24,624 nucleotides of DNA from positions 1-24,624 of the IMG/VR virus record IMGVR_UViG_3300033562_002188. One strand, given 5' to 3'. This stretch comes from a virus (taxonomy: Duplodnaviria; Caudoviricetes). The translations under genes and the position numbers were made by a program. Under the pieces are notes generated by a model. It made no database searches, had not been told where the DNA came from, and saw only the letters and a program-made list of their open reading frames with translations. This document shows positions 1 through 6,903 of the stretch, in pieces (the stretch's first letter is position 1; each line of letters opens with the position of its first letter).

Positions 1-1
1 T

Positions 2-157
2 ATGTTTCCTTCGTCCTTCCGGTTCGGCGGTGCGTTTTGCGAATACTCGGGTGCGAGTGCGGGTGCCGGCTCTCGCCTTTGCTCTCCGTCAGACGAAATT
101 GCAAGATATTCAGCCCAACAGTTTAAGGATATCTGGAAAGGGGTTCAACTAGGTTAA
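2..157 (+). CDS. DGR target protein, C-terminal part (probably truncated by the window edge)
   Basis: Open frame MFPSSFRFGGAFCEYSGASAGAGSRLCSPSDEIARYSAQQFKDIWKGVQLG* (TAA 155-157) containing the VR; GSRLC resembles the G-x-R motif that closes DGR variable regions. Confidence 0.85.
   Translation: MFPSSFRFGGAFCEYSGASAGAGSRLCSPSDEIARYSAQQFKDIWKGVQLG
7..82 (+). repeat. DGR variable repeat (VR)
   Basis: Gapless match to 189-264 at offset 182; 57/57 non-A positions identical; 15 of 19 TR adenines changed (11 to G, 4 to T). Confidence 0.95.
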
Positions 158-188
158 TCATTGTAGGCTGCTTATTTCTGAAGAGCTC

Positions 189-264
189 TCCTTCGTCCTT
201 CCGGTTCAACGATGCGAATTACGAAAACTCGAATGCGAATGCAGGTACCAGCTCTCACCTATGC
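189..264 (+). repeat. DGR template repeat (TR), non-coding template RNA
   Basis: Intergenic copy with AAC/AAT triplets in the VR frame (conceptually PSSFRFNDANYENSNANAGTSSHLC), about 100 bp upstream of the RT start. Confidence 0.95.
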
Positions 265-285
265 AGAAAAAAGGAGATAAGGGCC

Positions 286-348
286 TCGCCTCTTGGCGAA
301 AAATAACAAGTTAAAAAAGTGTTGGTAGGACATTAGTCCGAAGGCTCT
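286..348 (+). other. Small hairpins in the TR-RT spacer (putative DGR RNA structure)
   Basis: TCGCC-TCTT-GGCGA (286-299) and GGAC-ATTA-GTCC (328-339); position matches the structured spacer needed for cDNA priming in characterised DGRs. Confidence 0.5.
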
Positions 349-366
349 GATTAGAAAAGCAAAGAA

Positions 367-1653
367 ATGAAAAGACGAAATGATTTGTTTGAAAAAATAT
401 GCACAAGGGATAATCTCTTTTTAGCATACAATAAGGCCCAAAAAGGTAAGTCAAAAACTTATGGGGTTCAATTGTTTGCTCAGAAATTGGAGTCAAATAT
501 TGATAAACTGCAAAAAGAACTAATGACAGCGACATACATAACATCTGAATATAGCATATTCACGATATACGATCACAAGGAAAGGATTATATATCGTCTG
601 CCCTTCCGTGATCGCATCGTGCATCATGCTATAATGAATGTGCTTGAGCCAATATGGGTATCAATATTTATTTCAAATACATATTCCTGTATTAAAGCCA
701 GAGGAATTCATAAGGTTTTGCAACATCTAAAAAGAGATCTTAGAGACATCCAGGGAACAAAATATTGCCTCAAATTTGATATTAAGAAGTATTATCCAAG
801 TGTAGATCATGACGTTCTTAAAATGATTATCAGGAAGAAAATCAAGGACAACAGATTGTTGTCTTTACTTGACAATATCATTGACTCTGCCCCCGGCATC
901 CCAATCGGCAACTACTTATCGCAATTCTTCGCGAACCTTTACATGGCTTACTTTGATCATTGGGTAAAAGAAGAACTGCAGGTAAAATATTATTATCGTT
1001 ATGCGGATGATGTAGTCATTTTGTCAGAAGATAAGACTCATCTACATGATTTGTTCAATCTGATAAACGAGTACATCTCTACAAAACTTAAATTAACAAT
1101 CAAGTCAAATTATCAGGTCTTCCCTGTTGAGCTAAGAGGTATTGACTTTGTTGGGTATGTATTTTATCATACTCATATTTTAATGAGGAAGTCGATCAAA
1201 AAGAACTTCTGCAGGAAAGCGGCTAGATTAAACAAACAAAAGATATCTGAGAAAGAATATAAGAAACATATTAGCCCTCACCTGGGGTGGGCAAAACACT
1301 GTAATTCTCAACATTTAATTAAAAAGATATGCAACATGAAAAAATTCTCCGACTTCGGAATTAACTCGTTACAAGACAAAAACATCTTTGCTGTTCCAAT
1401 AATCTCAATTGAAGAGGTGACAAATAGGGAGATAGAAGTTTTAGACTATGAACAAGGTGTAAGGACAAAGCATGGAGAGGACAGATGTATAGTAAAAATT
1501 AAGATTGACAATTCAGAACGCAAATTTTTCACAAATGCAACTCCAATCAAGGAGGCCCTGTCAAAGATCAGCAAAACAGACATGCCCTTTTTAACAACAG
1601 TCAAACAGCAGAGATTTGGTTCAGGCAGTGGAAAGACTTTTTATTTCACATGA
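367..1653 (+). CDS. DGR reverse transcriptase with ~105-aa C-terminal extension
   Basis: Motifs PFRDRIVHHAI, KFDIKKYYPS, GIPIGNYLSQFFANLY (DGR-type SQ motif), YYRYADD, GIDFVGY, GWAKH. Confidence 0.95.
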   Translation: MKRRNDLFEKICTRDNLFLAYNKAQKGKSKTYGVQLFAQKLESNIDKLQKELMTATYITSEYSIFTIYDHKERIIYRLPFRDRIVHHAIMNVLEPIWVSIFISNTYSCIKARGIHKVLQHLKRDLRDIQGTKYCLKFDIKKYYPSVDHDVLKMIIRKKIKDNRLLSLLDNIIDSAPGIPIGNYLSQFFANLYMAYFDHWVKEELQVKYYYRYADDVVILSEDKTHLHDLFNLINEYISTKLKLTIKSNYQVFPVELRGIDFVGYVFYHTHILMRKSIKKNFCRKAARLNKQKISEKEYKKHISPHLGWAKHCNSQHLIKKICNMKKFSDFGINSLQDKNIFAVPIISIEEVTNREIEVLDYEQGVRTKHGEDRCIVKIKIDNSERKFFTNATPIKEALSKISKTDMPFLTTVKQQRFGSGSGKTFYFT

Positions 1654-1683
1654 ATTATGAATTAATATTAAAATAGAATAATA

Positions 1684-2328
1684 ATGGACATTAAAAACTT
1701 AACACCACAAGAGCGTCAGGAGCTCATGGCAGAGCTTCAACAACATGAACTCGCCGCAAAAAAGAAACATGAGGAAGATATTGTAGCCTACAAAGAATTG
1801 GCCGATGAAACGGTTAAGAACTGTTTCCCCCAACTAACGGGAGTATCTGAAAAACTACGTCAGAAAAAAGCAGAAATCCGTGAAACGTTCCGCAAGGTTA
1901 TTGAGATGAAGCAAGAACTATACGGCATGAAGGAATCGCAGAAATCACATCAATTCATGGATGCTGACGGTCAATTTAGGATCTCTCTAGGGGTATATGT
2001 TTTAGACAGCTACGACGATACTGTTGACGTTGGAATTCAGAAGGTAAAAGACTATATCGGTTCTCTAGCAAAAGATGCCGGAACAAAGATACTGGTTGAC
2101 ACAATAATGAAGCTGTTGGCTAAAGATCAGAAAGGTACGCTAAAGGCTTCTCGGGTATTACAACTGCAGCAAATGGCTGAGCGTTGTGGTGATGCTGATT
2201 TTCTTGAGGGGGTAAAGATCATTCGGGATGCTTATCATCCAGTGGAATCAAAGTCATATATTACTGCAGAGTACAAGGATGAAAACGGCACCTGGACTAA
2301 TGTTCCTCTAGGAATGACGGAGGCATAA
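1684..2328 (+). CDS. DUF3164-like Mu-phage middle protein (Gam-position)
   Basis: 214-aa helical protein ending SKSYITAEYKDENGTWTNVPLGMTEA, resembling this family; A-rich leader. Confidence 0.7.
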   Translation: MDIKNLTPQERQELMAELQQHELAAKKKHEEDIVAYKELADETVKNCFPQLTGVSEKLRQKKAEIRETFRKVIEMKQELYGMKESQKSHQFMDADGQFRISLGVYVLDSYDDTVDVGIQKVKDYIGSLAKDAGTKILVDTIMKLLAKDQKGTLKASRVLQLQQMAERCGDADFLEGVKIIRDAYHPVESKSYITAEYKDENGTWTNVPLGMTEA

Positions 2329-2329
2329 C

Positions 2330-2554
2330 ATGGATAGACAGATAAAAATAATTACCCCGGCATCAGGTTTTACCGGGCTAAAAGCGGAAAAGCTTGGCCG
2401 TAATTCTCCCTGCAGATGTGGCAGCGGCCTTAAGGCGAAAAAGTGCTGTGGTAATACAACCGCTTACTTTAGTCGTGACAAACTGAAAATCTCGGAAAGA
2501 GAAGCACTTATGCGACAAAAACAAAAACAGTTGGAGGAAGCAAATAGACAATAA
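2330..2554 (+). CDS. Small SEC-C zinc-binding motif protein
   Basis: KLGRNSPCRCGSGLKAKKCCG matches the SEC-C consensus GRNxPCxCGSGKKxKxCC. Confidence 0.85.
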   Translation: MDRQIKIITPASGFTGLKAEKLGRNSPCRCGSGLKAKKCCGNTTAYFSRDKLKISEREALMRQKQKQLEEANRQ

Positions 2555-2611
2555 AAAAGCCCCGAGTTTCTTACGCTCAAGGCAGCGACTGGCAGGTCTG
2601 CGGCAAATTTA
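2553..2611 (-). ncRNA. Candidate ~50-nt antisense small RNA (promoter box plus terminator)
   Basis: Minus-strand TAAATTTG (2604-2611) followed by GCCTTGAG-N9-CTCGGGGC-TTTTTT. Confidence 0.4.
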
Positions 2612-2623
2612 GGAAAAAACTCG

Positions 2624-2842
2624 ATGGCATACAATAAGAAAGGATATTTTATTAGAGCCCGCGCGATCCAGCGAATAGTGCAACAAAACTACGAACCGGA
2701 AAATCAGGCGAAGTGTCTCAAGTCAGTGTGGCGACATTATGTTTATCCACAGTGGGGCATTGGCTACAGATCCTTTTTAAGGTACGCAAAAATTAAATCG
2801 CCGAAAGAACCAAATAACGATAATCAATTAAAACTATTTTAA
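2624..2842 (+). CDS. Small basic protein, candidate late-gene regulator
   Basis: 72 aa, basic, HTH-like segment (LKSVWRHYVYPQWGIGYRSFLRYAK); last gene of the middle operon, where Mu-like phages place Mor/C. Confidence 0.55.
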   Translation: MAYNKKGYFIRARAIQRIVQQNYEPENQAKCLKSVWRHYVYPQWGIGYRSFLRYAKIKSPKEPNNDNQLKLF

Positions 2843-2852
2843 AATGAACGTG

Positions 2853-2880
2853 AGAGCCCCTTTTGGGGCTCTTCTTATTT
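2853..2880. terminator. Intrinsic terminator between convergent operons
   Basis: AGAGCCCC-TTTT-GGGGCTCT followed by TCTTATTT, between stops at 2842 and 2875. Confidence 0.8.
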
Positions 2881-3309
2881 CTCCGTAGTCTTGGTCTTAA
2901 ATATGATATTGAAGACTTTTAGTCCATCCTCTCGCTTCTCCGGGCGTACTGATACTCGGTACAGCGTTTCACCCGTTGCTATTTTGCAATTATGCAGATT
3001 AGTTTTGATAAGGGCAAGAGTATCATACATTGTAAGCGCGAGCTCTCGAACTTCTTCCGGAGCGGACATATTGGAGTCGCTCCATACCTCAAAAACTACT
3101 CTTACATTAATGTCGGCAGTACAGCGTTGCTCTCCTCCCGCCCCTAGATTGTCGCATTGGGGGTATGACACGTCTATAAGGGCTGCTGGAAAGTCAAGCC
3201 CTGGTCTTAGTGTATAATATTCAAGCTGCCCTGTGTCCTGGTCTATCCAACGTAGCTCCGGAACCTTTGTTTGCAGTAACGCTGCAACGCCGTTATAAAG
3301 ATGTTTCAT
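2875..3309 (-). CDS. Mu gp37-like tail terminator/completion protein
   Basis: 144 aa, VPELRWIDQDTGQLE...DFPAALI; last gene of the head-completion operon. Confidence 0.6.
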   Translation of the reverse strand: MKHLYNGVAALLQTKVPELRWIDQDTGQLEYYTLRPGLDFPAALIDVSYPQCDNLGAGGEQRCTADINVRVVFEVWSDSNMSAPEEVRELALTMYDTLALIKTNLHNCKIATGETLYRVSVRPEKREDGLKVFNIIFKTKTTEK

Positions 3310-3315
3310 GGCCGT

Positions 3316-3891
3316 TTAATTGATATTTAAAAGGTTTGTCAATTTATCTTCTACTTTCCCGACTATTTGTTTGCTCATTGTCTCTGACTCTCCCATAAAT
3401 TGCCGCTTTGGCATTATGAACTTAATGTTGAGAATGTTCTTTTTAGTCAGCGCCAAACCCTTCCATTTATCTGCTTCCTTTGAGTCTTTGTCGGCGTTGT
3501 AATGCTTTGCCCAGGCGAATTTTCGCATCTTTGGAGTAACTTTTATGTTGAAGTCAACCGAGCCTCCCTCATTGTGTATTTCTGCATACTCTTTATCAGA
3601 CACGATCACCGTAAATCCCAGACCGACACGATACGTTATACTTTCCATCAGTTCATTTCGTGAACTCAAAAGTGTCCCATACTGGCTTGAGGCAAAATTG
3701 TCTTTATAAAGTGTTCTCTTTGCCTTCTGCCACTTCTTTAGAGACTTATCGGTGAATCCCTGATTGCGGAAACTATCTTTGTAGAAGTCAACAGCGAGCT
3801 TGCCGGCAATTCGAGGCATATCCCGCTCAATAAATGGCTGGATCCTTTTTAAATTTTGTTGTATTTTTCGAAAAAATTCTTCCGGAGTCAT
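3316..3891 (-). CDS. Phage virion morphogenesis protein (Mu gpG-like)
   Basis: Motifs SFRNQGF..W, LL...ELMESI, YAEIHNEGG, MPKRQFMG. Confidence 0.85.
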   Translation of the reverse strand: MTPEEFFRKIQQNLKRIQPFIERDMPRIAGKLAVDFYKDSFRNQGFTDKSLKKWQKAKRTLYKDNFASSQYGTLLSSRNELMESITYRVGLGFTVIVSDKEYAEIHNEGGSVDFNIKVTPKMRKFAWAKHYNADKDSKEADKWKGLALTKKNILNIKFIMPKRQFMGESETMSKQIVGKVEDKLTNLLNIN

Positions 3892-3911
3892 CGTTTTGTA
3901 AAAATATTATA

Positions 3912-3997
3912 TACATTTGCATTATGGAGTAACATCCTAGCCGATTCTACGGATTCGTGCACCGTAAAGCCACTTTCATTAGTGGCTTTGCTTTTTA
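3912..3997 (+). ncRNA. Candidate antisense small RNA overlapping the gpF 3' end
   Basis: TACATTTG box (3912-3919), small hairpins, then AAAGCCACT-TTCATT-AGTGGCTTT-GCTTTTT (3966-3996). Confidence 0.4.
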
Positions 3998-5304
3998 TAA
4001 ATCAGCCGGATTTTCCCCTTTTCGTATACCCACACTTCGTTAATTTCCTGGCCAATTTTTACTCTATTATTTATTATTTTCAACAGGAATCTTGTTGAAG
4101 CTCCTTTGTTGTTATCAATAACTATGTTGCCGGACTGAATGGCACCGTGAGACAGCATCCGGGATACCTTTACTTTTTTAAATGGCCGCTTAAAACTTTC
4201 GTACTCATAGAATTTTTTGTTTACCTGCATATCCGGGCATTTTCCGGCATATTTGGTGCCGCTTAAATCGCCAAATACGGTTTCATATTCATGAGACTTA
4301 TAATGAATCCTTGAGAGTATTTTGACATTCACGCCTTTTTTGGCAAACTCGTTGGCAATGGAGTAAATATCTTTATAATCTCCGGCTTTTTTATCTACAG
4401 TCCTGTATGCTTCTACGCGTCCCCCATTTTTATACTCCTTCAACACAGTAAAAGCATCTCCAAGAAAGTTTTTAACGGCTTTATCTGCTCCTTTATACTG
4501 TCCAGTTACGTAAGGGTGTGTCGGAGTGAAAATATTGCCTGTGAAAGCAGGGTTTTCATCTATTCCTGCAGACGGTTTATAGGCCGATTTAGGTCTTATC
4601 GTATCTGCCGGATCGTCTGTGTTTGTAATGCCGCATTTGCAGTTCCATTCGTCGCCAGGATAATGTGATTGCCAAAATGAATCATCGTACGACAACACTA
4701 AATTATAAAATATCCTATGCGTATCCCGGGGGTTAGGTGAAGTAGAGGGTAACCACTTCAAATTTGGGAACAAGTCAACATCTTCCTCAAACTTCTTAAA
4801 GTTTGCTGCAGCCCGGGCACGTATAACAGCTGTGTCGTATTCCGTTCTCAGCCAGACGTTATTATACTTTCCTGTAATAGATGCCGTATCCTCCTTAAAT
4901 GATGCGTATGGCTTTAATTTGCCATTGTCGTCGAGCAGTTGTTTTGCAATATCATTCTGCTGACGGTGTGTTTTAAACGCTGCAAAAACTGCAGTGCTGC
5001 TTCGTAACTGATTTATGAATTCCTCATTGACTTTACCGAATTCTACGCTGGAGATGGCATCATTGAGCACCTGATAATTTGCCTTGAAGAGGTTTTCTTC
5101 AATTTCATTTCTAACGTCTACTTTCTTAGTGTAGATGCTGTGAAGTGCTTTTTCGATTATATCCTCCGGAACAGGCGTGAACTTGCTTCGCTTTTCAGCG
5201 AGTTCTATATAATCTGATAGTTGTAGTCCCTCATAATATAAACGGTCGACTAGAAATCTAAATCTGCCGCCCCCCTTTCGCGGAGGGCCTTGACGAAAAA
5301 ACTG
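3979..5304 (-). CDS. MuF (gpF) minor head protein with C-terminal nuclease-like domain; frame open to 5304, probably entered by -1 frameshift from portal
   Basis: WLRTEYDTA, PRDTH, FW..HYPGDEWNCKC MuF motifs; frame stays open 78 codons upstream of the GTG at 5070 with no ATG, and is bounded by a TAG right beside the slippery site. Confidence 0.8.
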   Translation of the reverse strand, partial: QFFRQGPPRKGGGRFRFLVDRLYYEGLQLSDYIELAEKRSKFTPVPEDIIEKALHSIYTKKVDVRNEIEENLFKANYQVLNDAISSVEFGKVNEEFINQLRSSTAVFAAFKTHRQQNDIAKQLLDDNGKLKPYASFKEDTASITGKYNNVWLRTEYDTAVIRARAAANFKKFEEDVDLFPNLKWLPSTSPNPRDTHRIFYNLVLSYDDSFWQSHYPGDEWNCKCGITNTDDPADTIRPKSAYKPSAGIDENPAFTGNIFTPTHPYVTGQYKGADKAVKNFLGDAFTVLKEYKNGGRVEAYRTVDKKAGDYKDIYSIANEFAKKGVNVKILSRIHYKSHEYETVFGDLSGTKYAGKCPDMQVNKKFYEYESFKRPFKKVKVSRMLSHGAIQSGNIVIDNNKGASTRFLLKIINNRVKIGQEINEVWVYEKGKIRLIYKKQSH

Positions 5305-6482
5305 CTAATACGTGATAATAGTTTATTGTCCTTAGGGCTCGTTACCTGGGGATCCTTTTTGTTGCCAACCTTATCTCCTTTTTTGGGCTTAGGGTATCCA
5401 TATGTGTCATAATAGTATTCTTCAGGAATGTCGATTATATCATTCATTTTTTCATCAATAGTTACTCTATCCTTGAGGGATAGCGATTCTCCTTTTTCAG
5501 GAAAAGAAAACCATCCGTCCTTAACAGCGAAGCCCCTTTTTTCCAACAAAGGCAGGAGTTTCTCATTAAGAATTCTTTGAACAAACCTTCTGTCGGACTT
5601 ATGCTTATTCTCTTGAACTTCCATGTGTGTCTCAGACTGGCTTCGCGAAGACCCGTTTTGTGTTGTCATTGTTTGCCCGAGTATTCCAACGAGAATCTCT
5701 TCATTACATGCATCTCTGAGAAGTTTATATAATTGTCCATTCCCCTGACTTTTTGAATCCATTATTTCAATGTTGGACCCTTCCGGGACAACGGCATAGC
5801 TTGCCGATCCTGCCGCCTCCATTGCTTGCTCAAGAAGAACACGCATTGTATCATCATAGTTGTTGTATGTCGCTTTTCTAAATGGCATACCAAAGATTTC
5901 CGCGAACTGCGCCCAATCCCCAAAATCCCCTCTTTTGTAAATAGCGTATGGACACGCTTTTAGTATTAACCCCAGATTTTTATCGTCGCCAATAAAAATG
6001 AAGCGATCATCTTGAGCAAATGGATATCCGCTCTCGTCGCTTTGATCAATAGCGATCATTTTTTCTTTTGGACGAATGTGTTTTTTGGGTACAGGCCAAA
6101 CAAGCAATTTCTTGTCTGGAGTAAAATCAATTTGCAGCAAAGCGCATCCCCACATTTTGGCACTCATGATGTCAGTGAGCAATAGTTCAAACTCCGTTGT
6201 GTCGATTAATGCATCAATCTCTTCATTACTTTCTCCGTTTTTATTTGAAAAAACTATATCGGCATTCGTAATTGCTTCGATACGTTTCTCAATTGCGTCT
6301 GCCAGAAAGTTATCAAGTAAGATATCCTCATAGAGATCATACAAAGCCGTGCGCCGCCCACGTTCAGCAGATGAAAGAGCTGTTCTCCAGTTTTTAATAT
6401 CAACTGACGCCCGATTTGCAGGCTTAATTACTAAATTGTTCACGACAACAGTAGTTGTCTGATTATCTGTTTTTTTGGCCAT
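5250..6482 (-). CDS. Portal protein (Mu gp29 / DUF935-like)
   Basis: 410 aa; DWAQFAEIFGMP, CNEEI...ILGQTMTT..GSSRSQSETH; position after terminase and gp36. Confidence 0.9.
   Translation of the reverse strand: MAKKTDNQTTTVVVNNLVIKPANRASVDIKNWRTALSSAERGRRTALYDLYEDILLDNFLADAIEKRIEAITNADIVFSNKNGESNEEIDALIDTTEFELLLTDIMSAKMWGCALLQIDFTPDKKLLVWPVPKKHIRPKEKMIAIDQSDESGYPFAQDDRFIFIGDDKNLGLILKACPYAIYKRGDFGDWAQFAEIFGMPFRKATYNNYDDTMRVLLEQAMEAAGSASYAVVPEGSNIEIMDSKSQGNGQLYKLLRDACNEEILVGILGQTMTTQNGSSRSQSETHMEVQENKHKSDRRFVQRILNEKLLPLLEKRGFAVKDGWFSFPEKGESLSLKDRVTIDEKMNDIIDIPEEYYYDTYGYPKPKKGDKVGNKKDPQVTSPKDNKLLSRISSFFVKALRERGAADLDF
5269..5301 (-). promoter_or_regulatory. Predicted -1 ribosomal frameshift signal (portal to gpF)
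   Basis: In-frame T-TTT-TTC (5301-5295), 6-nt spacer, hairpin GCCCTCC-GCGAAA-GGGGGGC (5288-5269). Confidence 0.7.
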
Positions 6483-6484
6483 TT

Positions 6485-6901
6485 CTAAAAATGTTGAGTA
6501 CGTTTTGGATTGCTACTGAATTTTACTGGTTGTTTGGTTGCGTTACCATCTGCATCTGTTTTTTTTGGCAATTCGATAGTAATTTTTCCGGACTGAACTC
6601 CTTCGAGCCATTTTATCGCTCTGTCATATCGCTTCTCGCGGATTTCGAATTGAGTGCCGACATTGCATAGTGTAATGAAGTGCCATACGGCAATGTCTTT
6701 AACGAAGATTAGCAACAGCGGGTGTCTGTCGCTTCCGGTTTTGCCAAATATCTCCTCAGAATTATAATCACCAAGATATCCTTTGGCTTCGGCAATAGCA
6801 CCGTCAATTGCAGCTGGAGCAATTGTGTCATCATTTCTTGTGATTGCGGCTAATTGTTCGTTCCGCAAATGTGTTTTCAGTTCCTCTTCTACTATAAACA
6901 T
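6485..6901 (-). CDS. Mu gp36-like head-tail adaptor (DUF1320-like)
   Basis: AIAEAKGYL..Y, KDIAVWH, RYDRAIKWLEGVQSGK. Confidence 0.85.
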   Translation of the reverse strand: MFIVEEELKTHLRNEQLAAITRNDDTIAPAAIDGAIAEAKGYLGDYNSEEIFGKTGSDRHPLLLIFVKDIAVWHFITLCNVGTQFEIREKRYDRAIKWLEGVQSGKITIELPKKTDADGNATKQPVKFSSNPKRTQHF

Positions 6902-6903
6902 TG

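Larger units (their letters stand above)
1..1653 (+). mobile_element. Diversity-generating retroelement (target VR - TR - RT)
   Basis: 76-bp VR/TR pair with 15 mismatches, all at TR adenines, immediately upstream of a DGR-class RT. Confidence 0.95.

Noticed and set aside
83-160. IMH-associated hairpin downstream of the VR
   Set aside because: Only CGTC-A-GACG and similarly weak pairings; too short to support.
311-544. 77-aa minus-strand ORF
   Set aside because: Antisense shadow of the RT start; no recognisable motifs.
367-1653. RT as group II intron, retron or Abi RT
   Set aside because: The IGNYLSQ motif, the lack of a maturase/HNH region and the adjacent adenine-specific repeat pair indicate a DGR.
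3856-4098. 80-aa plus-strand ORF as a possible immunity gene
   Set aside because: TTG start, overlaps two real genes on the opposite strand and crosses a terminator-like hairpin.
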